This document shows positions 1-10,368 of a stretch of DNA of 64,000 nt, piece after piece. The stretch is from Candidatus Bathyarchaeota archaeon. Its GTDB lineage: Archaea > Thermoproteota > Bathyarchaeia > 40CM-2-53-6. The notes under the pieces were generated by a model. It was not told where the DNA came from and did no database searches. It saw only the letters and a list, made by a program, of their open reading frames with translations. Positions within the stretch are counted from its first letter, which is position 1. Each line of letters begins with the position of its first letter. The position numbers were made by a program, and so were the translations under genes. Location of the stretch: NCBI GenBank assembly GCA_963833125.1, contig CAWHWX010000001.1, positions 288,001 to 352,000 on the forward strand, in the 5' to 3' direction.

Positions 1-1221
1 AACAATACTGGATACGCGGCGATGGCGACGACGTTGGTCCAGCCGAATTCATTAGCGATACTCAGCTTTGTGACGGTGATTGTTGCCGGGTTAATAGTGA
101 TGGGCGGAATTCGCATTTACCTTAAAGTGCAGACTGTCTTGTTCATCTTCGCGGTCGCCGCGGACATAGCGCTGTTGGCGCTAATGGCTATCACGACCAA
201 TGCAGCCTTCACGAGCAATCTGAACTCTAGCCTCTCGAGCGCTATCGGTTCAGCCGATGTCTACAACAAAATAATTAGCACTGCCCAAAGCGCCGGGTAC
301 ACACTTTCACCTCCAGTGACTCTGTTCGCTAGTATAGGAGGCATGATTACGCCATGGACGTTTGCGTTGGAATGGACTCTATTCGGAAACCTGGGGCTGT
401 GTGGGGAGATGAAGACAGCAAATCAACTTCGTACGCAAATATTCACAATGCTCGGTGCGCTTGCCTTAGTGGTGCTGGGGTTGTTCGCCGCGTACAACCT
501 CTTCATAACGATGACCGGTCAGACCTTTTGGTATGCTGCATCAACTCTCGCATGGAACTCTGCTCCCCTCTTCGGTAACTTACCAAGCATATTTTACTCT
601 CAACCGGCATCCTTCATTCTGCTTTACGGAACAAACAACCTCGCCTTGGGGACAGTGTGGGCGGTCGGCGGTGCTATTGCGATATTCGCTACGAACTTCA
701 CCATTTACATGCTCGTCTCTAGGATGCTGTTCGCTCAAACGTTCGATGGTCTATTTCCAGCCAAGCTAGTCCACATAACCGAGAAGACCCGGACCCCAGT
801 CTACATTATGGTCATAATGATCATAGCGGCCTGTGCCTGGACGTACGGCGTCTTGTTTTATGGTTCGACATTCTCCACCTACATGGCGTCAACACAGTTC
901 ATAATCTCACTCGCCATGATACTTACCATGATCGCCGCGGTAGTGTTTCCGCTCAAAATGAAAACCCATTTCGATCAAACTCCCGCACGTAAGTACCGGA
1001 TGGTAACGATTCCATTGGCAATAATCGGCATTCTCGTCAACCTTCTCATAATGTACTATCTGGTCACTGTTCCAGCCCTACTGGCCGTGACGCCTCAGTC
1101 GGAAGGATTAATGATAGGGATCATGGTGGCAGGGCTTGCCTACTATTATGCAGTTTACGCTTACCGGAGGAGTACGGGAATCAACATAAGCCAAGCCTTC
1201 AAAGAAATTCCGCCAGATTAA
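1..1221 (+). CDS. APC-family amino acid/polyamine permease (5' partial)
   Basis: Frame open from the window edge; many TM helices; GEMK and SRMLFAQTFDGLFP motifs; C-terminal FKEIPPD like the paralog at 54.3-55.9 kb. Confidence 0.85.
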   Translation, partial: NNTGYAAMATTLVQPNSLAILSFVTVIVAGLIVMGGIRIYLKVQTVLFIFAVAADIALLALMAITTNAAFTSNLNSSLSSAIGSADVYNKIISTAQSAGYTLSPPVTLFASIGGMITPWTFALEWTLFGNLGLCGEMKTANQLRTQIFTMLGALALVVLGLFAAYNLFITMTGQTFWYAASTLAWNSAPLFGNLPSIFYSQPASFILLYGTNNLALGTVWAVGGAIAIFATNFTIYMLVSRMLFAQTFDGLFPAKLVHITEKTRTPVYIMVIMIIAACAWTYGVLFYGSTFSTYMASTQFIISLAMILTMIAAVVFPLKMKTHFDQTPARKYRMVTIPLAIIGILVNLLIMYYLVTVPALLAVTPQSEGLMIGIMVAGLAYYYAVYAYRRSTGINISQAFKEIPPD

Positions 1222-1297
1222 CCCAAAATCGAACAAGGTAAAACTACCGTACCTAAGCCATCAGCCGACGTAAGAACCGACTCTAACAGGGAAGAGC

Positions 1298-1733
1298 ATG
1301 GGCAAAGTCTACATTACCAAGATGGAAGATGCGTTCGAATACAAGGATTGGGGCGGTTGCATCAAGTTCCTTCTAATGCCCCAGTTCCCCATTGAAGAAC
1401 GTCTCCTTGGAGATCGGGATATTCAAACCCGGGGAAGACTTGAAACCCCATACTCACCTTGAGTCGGATGAGATTTACTATATCATCAAAGGGGAAGCTC
1501 ATTTGAGAGTTGGGAAGGAGGAGCTAACCCTCGCCGAGGGAACGGCTGCCATAGTACCTTCTGGAGAGGAGCACTATCCAAAGAACGACGGCAAGGAGAC
1601 CTTAGAGATAGCATTCATCACATCACCACCAGAAAAATGGTGGTTGCTTGAGAGACTTGAGAAGCTGGAAAAACAAAGATGCTCGAGTCACAAAAGTCGT
1701 AACGCACAGACCCTGCTCAAGCTCAGACCATAA
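1298..1733 (+). CDS. Cupin domain protein (apparent frameshift near 1390)
   Basis: HTHLESDEIYYIIKG and VPSGEEH cupin motifs; ATG at 1298 (MGKVYITK) is in a different frame from the 1392 ORF. Confidence 0.75.
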
Positions 1734-1819
1734 TACGAGCAACCGGTTAGCCCAGGTTGCCTACGATCCAAACGACAGTGAGCTCTTAACGACCCTCGTT
1801 AGTCGAGTTTGTGACCTGA

Positions 1820-3061
1820 CTAGCTTGTGGTGAGTAGCCGCAGCAACGTGTTCAGCAGTACGTTTGCTCCGGCTTCGAGATGCTGATTAGATGTCCATTC
1901 AGTGGGTACATGACTTACCCCTCTCAAACTCGGCACGAAGATCATGCCGGCCTCAGTTATGCGTGCCATATTCTGGCAGTCATGCCCTGCCCCGCTCAGC
2001 ATCCGCTTCTGTCTTAGTCCAAGTGACTGAGCCGATTCTTCGATTGTCCTCACAATCCTAGTGGACATTCGGGCAGGTCTGATGAAGTTGCTCCTTTCTA
2101 TTCGGACCTTCAGATCCTCTTGATTCCCGACTCGTTTCGTTAGATGAATGAGATCGTCGCAAAGTTCACGGAGACCATGGATTGTTGGATGCCTGAAATC
2201 AATTGTGAGTGTGGCTCTTTCCGGCACGACATTGGAGGCGTTCGGCGAAACAACTAGGGAGCCCACCGTAGCAACGGAATCTCGCATTTGGGAAGCGATT
2301 TTGTTCACGCCGGTTATGATGCGGGACGCGCCCACAAGCGCGTCATGTCGACCTCTCATCGGGGTTGTGCCCGCGTGGCCGGCGATTCCTCCAATCTCCA
2401 CTTTGAGGTCCCCCAGTCCAACAATCGCCGTAACCACGCCAATCGGAACTTTTTCGCGTTCCAGTACGGGCCCTTGCTCGATGTGAAGTTCAACGTAAGC
2501 CTTGATGCGATTTTTGTGCGTGTACGTATGCGACGAAGTGAGATGGTTAAAGCCTGCGTCCATTAGTGCTCTTTTGAATGTGACGCCATTTCTATCTCTC
2601 AGTCCATATGCATCCTCCGGGCGGATCGCGCCTATGAATCCTAGACTACCTATGAACCCCGGAAATCTAGCACCCTCTTCCTCGGTGAAGACAACGACTT
2701 CTAATGGATTCTTGATCCGAACCCTCTGTTCGAGGATGGTCCGAGCTGCTTCAATACCTGAAAGTAACCCATAAGCCCCGTCGAGAGGTCCGCCATTCGG
2801 AACGGTATCAATGTGGGAGCCACACATAACCGTCGGAGCTTCCTCAGACATACCTCTCATGTGCCCCACTATGTTTCCGAACCGGTCAACACGAACCGAA
2901 AATCCAGAATCTGTCATCAGGCTCGAAACATATTCGCGGCCTTCGAGGTCAGCTGGGGTAAAGGTGAATCTCGATATTCCGCCGTCAGGTTGTCGTCCAA
3001 TCCCCGAAAGCTCGTGAATAGTCTTCCTTAGGCGGGGAGCATTGATCTTGTATGGGGGCAT
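1820..3061 (-). CDS. M20 Zn-dependent hydrolase (N-carbamoyl-L-amino acid/allantoate amidohydrolase family)
   Basis: GSHIDTVPNGG, EEEGARF, ELHIEQGPVL, HAGTTPM and SGAGHD motifs. Confidence 0.92.
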   Translation of the reverse strand: MPPYKINAPRLRKTIHELSGIGRQPDGGISRFTFTPADLEGREYVSSLMTDSGFSVRVDRFGNIVGHMRGMSEEAPTVMCGSHIDTVPNGGPLDGAYGLLSGIEAARTILEQRVRIKNPLEVVVFTEEEGARFPGFIGSLGFIGAIRPEDAYGLRDRNGVTFKRALMDAGFNHLTSSHTYTHKNRIKAYVELHIEQGPVLEREKVPIGVVTAIVGLGDLKVEIGGIAGHAGTTPMRGRHDALVGASRIITGVNKIASQMRDSVATVGSLVVSPNASNVVPERATLTIDFRHPTIHGLRELCDDLIHLTKRVGNQEDLKVRIERSNFIRPARMSTRIVRTIEESAQSLGLRQKRMLSGAGHDCQNMARITEAGMIFVPSLRGVSHVPTEWTSNQHLEAGANVLLNTLLRLLTTS

Positions 3062-3184
3062 GATCTCATTCTACCAGCGAGCGACTCTGAGGAAAACATT
3101 CGCGGTTGATTCAAGTCCAATTTGTTCCGACTTACGAAGGTTACTCGATAAATGTTAAATATTGCCCATCGCGGCTGACCTTAC

Positions 3185-3303
3185 ATGTTTCTAACGCAGC
3201 AAGAAGAGCTCATCCTCGGAGGCAACAATGGAGAGGGGCTCAGAAAGCGATTGAGCTACTTGTGGCGATTGGGGAGGCTTTCGATGCCCCAAGGATGATT
3301 CGA
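3185..3303 (+). pseudogene. Remnant of aconitase X (DUF521) N-terminus
   Basis: Reads MFLTQQEELILGG...GAQKAIELLVAIGEAFDAPRMI across one frameshift, then similarity ends. Confidence 0.6.
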
Positions 3304-3458
3304 CAGTGTAACTTGGCACGCAATTTGCAATCAACGATAATGTGAGGCTGAATCTACGACTCGAGAGATCAATATTAGCGCAGGTTTTTCAGGTTGAAAT
3401 TGTCCTCGTAAAGATCACAGAGACTTATGGTGACCTTCGGTTGGATGCAAACGGTGTC

Positions 3459-3689
3459 ATGTTCAGGAAGCAACTTCTCTCCCTTCTACTTGCCTTAGCA
3501 TCAATTGCTGGATCACTCTTTGCAATCTTTATTTTCTTATCCACAATGAGTTTCGGTGCGACTTTAGGCGCGGTTTTGTTCTTGGTTGTTGCTGCGCTTC
3601 TCTTAGCTGGTTATATGATGGGGTTCATGGCGGTTGCGTTTCTAGCAATCTTGTTTCTCACGATTTACTGGTCACAGCGTAGCAAATAG
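3459..3689 (+). CDS. Small membrane protein
   Basis: Almost wholly hydrophobic 76 aa from ATG 3459. Confidence 0.55.
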   Translation: MFRKQLLSLLLALASIAGSLFAIFIFLSTMSFGATLGAVLFLVVAALLLAGYMMGFMAVAFLAILFLTIYWSQRSK

Positions 3690-3715
3690 GCCGCGGCGGT
3701 GCTGGGCGGAGGGGA

Positions 3716-4981
3716 GTGTTCAAATACCCTCGTATTCGTTCTACGATCGTATCTGTCAGGCTGTGCATGATAATGCCGGATGGTTGGTCTCCTCCAAAAA
3801 GCGCGAAGATTTGGGGTCACCTCTTCAACGAGGTGGTACGTGCCAACCACTGTATGATGTGTGCCGCCTGCGTCGCCTCATGCCCAATCAACGTGCTAAA
3901 CGTAAACGTGAACGAGGAGCCAGTCATTAAGGGACCGTGCGCTGCGTGCCAAGTATGTTACTATAGTTGCCCCCGCCTTGAGTTACCGATCGATGAAATA
4001 GAATACTACCTATTTGGAAGAACCCGAAAACCCGAAGAAGAATCATTAGGCATCTACAGGAGCGTCTACTCTGCACGAGCCTTGGAAGAAGAGATCTGGC
4101 ATGCAGGCCAAGACGGCGGAACAACGATAGCGCTCATGACGCATGCGCTGCAAATCGGGTTGATTAACTGCTTTGCAACTTCGGACTTCACAAAATCAAA
4201 TTCAGTATTCGTTCTCGGAAGCGGAATGACACTAAAGACGGTCCCCGTCTTAGGTGATACAGCGGCTGACGTAATCCGCACCGCGGGTTCAAAATATACG
4301 CACGGCGGAGTTCTCGGAGTACTTTCGGACGCAGCCGCATCCTATCCGGATGGCAGGGTTGGCTTGGTGGCTCTGCCCTGCGAGTTACAAGGACTTTGGC
4401 GAATGTACACCTCCCTACAAGCCACAGTAAAATTCGGAGGTTCATGGATCAGAGGAGGACGCCCAGTGCTAACGATCGGCCTATTCTGCTCTAAAGTTTA
4501 CACCCACGACCAGTTAGTGACCGAATTCATTCAGAAGAAACACGGGATCGATCCAGCAAAGATTACGCGGACGGTAATCAAGCGTAACCGGTTCAAGGTG
4601 TACGTTGGCGCCGATTGCGTTCTCGATGTTGCGACGAAAGAGCTTGAGCCATACATGAGCCACCCATGCAAATACTGCATCGACTACGTGGCCGAGCTTG
4701 CCGACATTTCTATCGGCGCAGTTGGTTCCCCCGACGGGTGGACTACTGTGATTATTCGCTCCGAACTTGGACAGAAACTATTCGACAGCGCCGTTAAGTC
4801 AAGGGCGATCGAAGCTGTTCCAATAGAGACCGTCAAGCCTGGGCTCCCGTTCGTCGTCAAGTTATGCAACAAGAAGAAACGTGACAGGAATGCGTATTAC
4901 ATTAGGCGTGGGTTGCGAGAGGGATTCCTAGAGCAACGTAGAAACGAACTATTGCAGATCGCTCCAGCCCCAGAAGCGTAA
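3716..4981 (+). CDS. Coenzyme F420 hydrogenase/dehydrogenase beta-subunit family protein (FrhB/FdhB-like) with ferredoxin domain
   Basis: Two CxxCxxCxxxCP motifs; GQDGG, AGSKY, LPCE, IGLFC and ADISIGAVGSPDGWT; true start probably 3767-3773. Confidence 0.9.
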   Translation: MFKYPRIRSTIVSVRLCMIMPDGWSPPKSAKIWGHLFNEVVRANHCMMCAACVASCPINVLNVNVNEEPVIKGPCAACQVCYYSCPRLELPIDEIEYYLFGRTRKPEEESLGIYRSVYSARALEEEIWHAGQDGGTTIALMTHALQIGLINCFATSDFTKSNSVFVLGSGMTLKTVPVLGDTAADVIRTAGSKYTHGGVLGVLSDAAASYPDGRVGLVALPCELQGLWRMYTSLQATVKFGGSWIRGGRPVLTIGLFCSKVYTHDQLVTEFIQKKHGIDPAKITRTVIKRNRFKVYVGADCVLDVATKELEPYMSHPCKYCIDYVAELADISIGAVGSPDGWTTVIIRSELGQKLFDSAVKSRAIEAVPIETVKPGLPFVVKLCNKKKRDRNAYYIRRGLREGFLEQRRNELLQIAPAPEA

Positions 4982-5146
4982 CGGTACAGTAACTGCGAAT
5001 CTTTCAACTGAAAACCCTGAAGCCCATGTTCCTTTGACAAGATATTCGTAGGTTTGAACCTGTGCGGTCAATGATGTCCCTTTACCTGTTCACTATAGTT
5101 GTTTGGAGAGCTGTTCTTAAGAGATTAGATAGGCGATCTGATGTAT

Positions 5147-5803
5147 TCAAGTCAGTTTTGCGTTGACCTGCGCCACTAACTCTGCCGTTCCTGCTTCCTT
5201 ACAGAGTTCCGGAGGTAACCCTGAGGTGCATAGGAGTGCGGATATTATGTTGGCTTCGTCGTCAATCGTCTTCCTAATTTCGGATTCAACTTTCTTGAGT
5301 TCAGTTTCGGTTTGCCGGAATGTGTGGCCTATGAATATTTTGGGTGTGAATCCCGAACCAATTTGAGCGAACCTTCCAGCAATTAGTAAGAACGGGATCT
5401 CCTTCTTCGGGTTGAATTTGCGCAGTAGTTTTTCCTCTGTCTTCAGGAGTTTTTGCAGGGGCTTGAATTCTCGGTCCTTGATCTCGCGGGCGACAAATTC
5501 GATGTGGGGGCTTGTGTAAGTAGCCTTTGTGAAATCGTAGGTGGGAAGATTTAGGAACGGCTCATCTCTGGCGGCACTGATGGTTTGTTTAAGGCCGTCC
5601 CATTGTCCAAATTTTTGGAGGCTCCTGACGATGGCCCACCGTTCAGCGGCGCAGTAAGGGCAGTATTCAGCTCCCATGAAGAAGACGAACAGCTTGCCCC
5701 CTCGTCGCATGGTATCTTTTGAGACCTCGACAAATTTGCCGAGGACTTTGGGCTGTTTGCTCATCTCTTTGGAGCGCCGCCACGGCATACGATGGGTCAT
5801 CAT
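5147..5803 (-). CDS. DUF929-family thioredoxin-like protein
   Basis: GAEYCPYCAAERW signature; cis-Pro motif IPF. Confidence 0.8.
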   Translation of the reverse strand: MMTHRMPWRRSKEMSKQPKVLGKFVEVSKDTMRRGGKLFVFFMGAEYCPYCAAERWAIVRSLQKFGQWDGLKQTISAARDEPFLNLPTYDFTKATYTSPHIEFVAREIKDREFKPLQKLLKTEEKLLRKFNPKKEIPFLLIAGRFAQIGSGFTPKIFIGHTFRQTETELKKVESEIRKTIDDEANIISALLCTSGLPPELCKEAGTAELVAQVNAKLT

Positions 5804-6118
5804 TTATCCCTACCTGTAGGCCTCGACAAAAACAAGCTAACTTTCACAGTACAAGAAGCTTTGCAAACCAGAAACGTGCATGACCTTAGGAGCCAAGATG
5901 AGGGTAGCGATTACTGAAAACTCGGACAGGCTAAGGCTGATAGAGAGAATACCACCAAAGTCCACCTCCAAACGCTTAACCCGGATTGTGGGTTTCTCAG
6001 TAGTAGAAATTTAGAGAGTTCTCCTACTAACGGGAATCGATAATCGTCTTAATTTCGCGATACTCGACAAGAGGTCTTTTAAACGGAGCTCTAGGAGCAG
6101 GTATGTGGTTGAATTAGG

Positions 6119-6565
6119 ATGGCAAACTTACCTCGCGAAGAGGACACTCTCGGACATGTGATGACAAGCCCAGTTAGAACGATGGAGTCGAACGGAACTG
6201 TAGCCGCTGCTGCAAAAATTATGGTTGAACACGATTTTGGATCAATCGTTGTCGTCGAAGGAAAGAAGCCTGTCGGCATCATAACGGAACGAGACATAAC
6301 GAAACAGGTGATCGGAGGGGAAGGGGTACTGAATGAGACTGTGAAGAACGTAATGACAAAGGGGCTTGTGACCGCACCGCCGAATATGCCCGTTCAGGAG
6401 GCGTTCGAGCTGATGTTGATGAACAAGGTACGCCGCCTCCCAATAGTCGAGAACAACAACATTGTAGGCATCGTGACGGTGAAAGACCTTATGCGATGGG
6501 TCCTACGAGTCTCCTATGAACCTAACATTCCAAAACACATCAAAATGATTCTAGAAGCACCGTAA
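6119..6565 (+). CDS. CBS domain protein
   Basis: CBS pair (VGIITERD, VRRLPIV, VGIVTVKD). Confidence 0.9.
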   Translation: MANLPREEDTLGHVMTSPVRTMESNGTVAAAAKIMVEHDFGSIVVVEGKKPVGIITERDITKQVIGGEGVLNETVKNVMTKGLVTAPPNMPVQEAFELMLMNKVRRLPIVENNNIVGIVTVKDLMRWVLRVSYEPNIPKHIKMILEAP

Positions 6566-6630
6566 AACAACCCAGCCGCTGACACACCGGGTCTTCTACG
6601 CAGGGTTTTGTCCTCGAGGAGGAGCAATCA

Positions 6631-7776
6631 TTGAGAGTGGCAGTTTTCGGCTCCGGTCTCATGGGTTCGACTATAGCTCGTGACCTGGCAAGGTCAAAAC
6701 GTGTTGATGAAGTAACGGTTTACGACGTTGACCGCAATCGGCTGCGTGATTTGGCCGATAGGGATCATTCAGCGAAACTTTCAATTAAGATTCATGATGT
6801 CCGAAAGAAGGCTAAAACTGCAAAGTTACTGAAAAGATTCGACGTCGGTGTGGGGGCTTTACCTCACGGGTTAAGTGAGTACGCAATTTCAGCAACGATC
6901 ACGGCGGGCGTTGATTTTGTTGACCTTATTTTTGGTTGGCGATTCGGTCAACGGGAGATACATTCAGCGGCGAAGAGAAAAGGGATAACGATCATTCCCG
7001 CGTGCGGTTTAGCCCCAGGTCTAACAAACATTCTTGCTATGGATGCAGCCGAACGAATGAGTAGGGTCGATGAGGTCCACATTAAGGTAGGCGGCATCCC
7101 AGAAAAACCAAAACCACCCTTAAACTATCGAATAGTATTCTCCTTCGAGGCAGTCCTTGAAGAATACCTTCGGAAAGCCCGCATCATAAAGAAAGGAAAA
7201 ATCACTGATGTCCCAGCGCTCTCCGGCCTTGAGACCATATCATTCCACGCACCAATTGGCAGGTGCGAATGCTTCTACACCGACGGCCTCTCAACCCTCG
7301 TTCAAACGCTTAGGAAAGTGCGTGAGATGGATGAGAAGACAATCCGTTGGCCTGGCCATGCAGAGCAGATAAGAACTCTCATAGAGTGCGGCCTACTCGA
7401 AACTAAACCCATGCTCTTTCAGGGACAACCCATCGCTCCCAGAAAATTCGTCTCTACCCTGTTGTCTGACAAGTTGAGTCTGGGAAGGGAGAAAGACCTA
7501 ACGCTCCTCAGAGTTGACGTATCTGGGAAGACCGATGGGGGGCTAGTCCACCGCCGATATGAAATGATAGATCATTATGACACAAGGCAGGCAACGACCT
7601 CCATGGCCAGAACCACCGCCTTTCCATGCTCGATAGCCGCACAACTACTAGCATCAGGAGAAATAGCCCAGAAAGGTTTGGTCCCACCCGAACTTGCGTT
7701 CAAACAGGACCTGCGGCCTGAATTCTTAGATTATCTGGCAAACAGAGGCATGGAGATCACATCAAAATCCATTTGA
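6631..7776 (+). CDS. Saccharopine dehydrogenase family protein (lysine 6-dehydrogenase-like)
   Basis: GSGLMG Rossmann motif; CGLAPG, VGGIP, KTIRWPGH and SMARTTAFP. Confidence 0.88.
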   Translation: MRVAVFGSGLMGSTIARDLARSKRVDEVTVYDVDRNRLRDLADRDHSAKLSIKIHDVRKKAKTAKLLKRFDVGVGALPHGLSEYAISATITAGVDFVDLIFGWRFGQREIHSAAKRKGITIIPACGLAPGLTNILAMDAAERMSRVDEVHIKVGGIPEKPKPPLNYRIVFSFEAVLEEYLRKARIIKKGKITDVPALSGLETISFHAPIGRCECFYTDGLSTLVQTLRKVREMDEKTIRWPGHAEQIRTLIECGLLETKPMLFQGQPIAPRKFVSTLLSDKLSLGREKDLTLLRVDVSGKTDGGLVHRRYEMIDHYDTRQATTSMARTTAFPCSIAAQLLASGEIAQKGLVPPELAFKQDLRPEFLDYLANRGMEITSKSI

Positions 7777-7922
7777 AAGAGGTAAGAAATCAGTTCTGCG
7801 CTCTTTGAAACGGTCACTCTAACGTTACGAGTTCATAATCAGTTGTGGGAACCGTTAGTCCTGCTTATATCAAAAATTCGTCCCTCAGACCTTAGAGGAT
7901 TTTCTCGGGAGCGCGATTACCG

Positions 7923-8777
7923 ATGGTTCATCTTCAAGCCCCATCACGGTTAGACACTATCCGCGATGTTATGACCAGATGGGTCATTACGGTCTCCCCA
8001 TCGGATTCGTTGCTGAAAGCACGGGACGTGATGACCCAAAATCGGACATCTCAACTCGTTGTCGTTGATCAAAACAACCGGCCCATAGGCTCAGTTTCAA
8101 AACGCGACGTTGCGAGATTCCTACTCGACGATGTTACGACTCGCGACCTAGGGCAGATAACGGTCTCCGAGGCCTCACCAAAGCCCGTTTCCACTATAGG
8201 AGCCGATGTGAGCGTGCTCGATGCAGCACGCATGTTCGACGAGAACGACCTGGTATACGCAGTAGTAACAAATGATGATCCACTATCCGGAATCATAACA
8301 GAAACTGATCTTTGCCATTACTTTTCACAGAAATGGCCTGGGAAATTCAAGGTGGGCGATTTCATGACTACTGACTTTATGTTCGCCAAGAGCAACTACC
8401 CGGTCGTTCACGTGGCAAATGGAATCATCTTCCGACAACCGAGCGTTCCAGTCATCGACGAAGACCTTGTCGGTATACTAACACTCTCAGACTTGCTCTC
8501 GATTGGCGAAAAGATACCCGCACCGAAGAGCGCAGGAGTGCATGTAAACGGCAAAGCCGAGCTTGCTTTAATCACAACCAAGGACTTGATGACCCTTAAC
8601 CCAATTACAACTAGTGAGGGAACTGATCTCGCGCAAGCCGCTCAGATAATAATCAAGAAAAGCATAAGCAGCCTACCTGTAGTCGATATAGAATCCAAAG
8701 TTGTCGGCCTCATCACCAAACGCGATATCGTCAAAGCCCTTGGACAGATCGATAGAAAACTGATCCTGGAAGCATAG
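7923..8777 (+). CDS. Tandem CBS domain protein (4 CBS)
   Basis: Repeated GIITETD, GILTLSD and GLITKRD motifs. Confidence 0.88.
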   Translation: MVHLQAPSRLDTIRDVMTRWVITVSPSDSLLKARDVMTQNRTSQLVVVDQNNRPIGSVSKRDVARFLLDDVTTRDLGQITVSEASPKPVSTIGADVSVLDAARMFDENDLVYAVVTNDDPLSGIITETDLCHYFSQKWPGKFKVGDFMTTDFMFAKSNYPVVHVANGIIFRQPSVPVIDEDLVGILTLSDLLSIGEKIPAPKSAGVHVNGKAELALITTKDLMTLNPITTSEGTDLAQAAQIIIKKSISSLPVVDIESKVVGLITKRDIVKALGQIDRKLILEA

Positions 8778-8891
8778 CCACTTCCCACACAATACGAATC
8801 GAGGGATTTGACTGTGCTGTACGAGATTGCGAAATCATGAGAGGGATTTGCTGAACAATCTCAATTAGGTACTATAGCCTAAATTAACTAA

Positions 8892-8908
8892 CGCAAAGAG
8901 CCTTTGCG
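8892..8908. promoter_or_regulatory. Palindrome just upstream of the LysE gene (possible operator)
   Basis: CGCAAAG-AGC-CTTTGCG, 3 bp before the ATG. Confidence 0.3.
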
Positions 8909-8911
8909 CGT

Positions 8912-9547
8912 ATGGATCTCTTTAGTTTCGTAGTTACTGTAATTCTCGTGACAGCGTCCGGTGCGCTAGCTCCTGGGCCACTGTTCTTTGGGCTGCTGAT
9001 GCATGGGTCCAAAGAGGGCGCTCGCGCTGGGTTCTCATGTGCGGTTGGTCATACTCTGGTGGAGTTTCCTCTTGTTCTCGCCCTCTCCTTAGGATTACTT
9101 GCAGCTGCAAATCAACCGACCATAAAGGGAGTTATTGGATTCGTTGGCGGTGTGGGGTTGATCGGTTTTGGTGTGTTGCAGATCTATGACACGATCAAGA
9201 GCAAACCCGAGTTCGGCAAGATTCCGAAAAAAAGTAAGGTCCCCGCCAGCTCACTTATTCTCGGTCTTGCGTTGACGGGGCTGAATCCATACTTCATTCT
9301 ATGGTGGCTCACGATAGGTTCAGTGCTCATCGTTCAAGCTCTCGCTTTCGCGGCCATCGTAGGCGTACTCATAATGTACATTTCCCATGTCTGGATGGAT
9401 TACGCTTACCTAACCGCAATCGCCCACTTGGGCAAGAGAGGAAAAGGGTTAATCGGTTCACGATACTACAAACTCATGCTCATCGCTTTCGGTTTTATCC
9501 TAATCTACTATGGCTCCACCTTCCTCCTCAACGTCGTCAGACTGTAG
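8912..9547 (+). CDS. LysE-family translocator
   Basis: SGALAPGP and LNPYFILWW motifs; about 6 TM helices. Confidence 0.88.
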   Translation: MDLFSFVVTVILVTASGALAPGPLFFGLLMHGSKEGARAGFSCAVGHTLVEFPLVLALSLGLLAAANQPTIKGVIGFVGGVGLIGFGVLQIYDTIKSKPEFGKIPKKSKVPASSLILGLALTGLNPYFILWWLTIGSVLIVQALAFAAIVGVLIMYISHVWMDYAYLTAIAHLGKRGKGLIGSRYYKLMLIAFGFILIYYGSTFLLNVVRL

Positions 9548-9585
9548 AGAACACACTGTGAATTCGGTACGCAGCTTTGAGTAGT

Positions 9586-10368
9586 TCAAGTCAGTCTTTT
9601 GTAGAGCTGTCCGATAATCCTAGTTGGTTTCCCCACTAAAGCCTCCACCTTCCAGCAACTTCCTTGTCGAAGGGCACAGAGCAGGACTGTGGCCGGACCG
9701 GCAGATTTCTCAAGATCTACTCCTGGCGAATCCGATAGTCTAACCGAAAGGTTGGAACCTTTCGCCATTGTTCTGGCTTCTTTAAGAATTCCCCGTGAGC
9801 CTACAGGAATTATTTCATGCACGAATGGCTTGTCGCGAACTTTTAGGATATCCAGTGGATCCGCGATTTTTCGACTCGCTGCTCCTCGCAGAACTTCTTG
9901 TCCAACATGCGGCTCACCGACAGCAACTACTTCGTCCCCCGGTCTACATCGACCTACCTTAAGCCTTGAAGCAGATACAAAACCCATCGTTGTTACTCCA
10001 ATGCCGGTCTGACTTACTTTCACGTTCTTTTCGGAGCTGGATAGGATCCGTACTTTGCGGAGCCGTGCATACCGCACTTCGTCTAACATTCCCTTGATGA
10101 TTTGGTTGCCAGTCGGTTCAGGCTCAACCGACAATGTCCCGACAATGGCTGTTGGATTAGCGCCAATTGCGAGCAGTTCCATCAGAGCCACTCTAGCTGT
10201 CATCTTCCCCACAAACCACGGACTGGCTCTAACCCTATCGTGTACTTTCGAGCCGATTCCTCCAGCCGCGTCGCAGCTCACCGCGAGCAGTCGATCCCTA
10301 CTAACTCTCAGAAGGAGCAAGTCTCTACATGTTCTGATAGACCTTGGTGCCGCAGAGGACCCGGTCAT
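9586..10368 (-). CDS. AIR-synthase-related kinase, CblS-like alpha-ribazole kinase
   Basis: SCDAAGGIGSK, ARVALME, SSEKN, HEIIPVGSRGI and KSAGPAT; ATG overlaps the stop of the upstream S-component; cob operon context. Confidence 0.75.
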   Translation of the reverse strand: MTGSSAAPRSIRTCRDLLLLRVSRDRLLAVSCDAAGGIGSKVHDRVRASPWFVGKMTARVALMELLAIGANPTAIVGTLSVEPEPTGNQIIKGMLDEVRYARLRKVRILSSSEKNVKVSQTGIGVTTMGFVSASRLKVGRCRPGDEVVAVGEPHVGQEVLRGAASRKIADPLDILKVRDKPFVHEIIPVGSRGILKEARTMAKGSNLSVRLSDSPGVDLEKSAGPATVLLCALRQGSCWKVEALVGKPTRIIGQLYKRLT

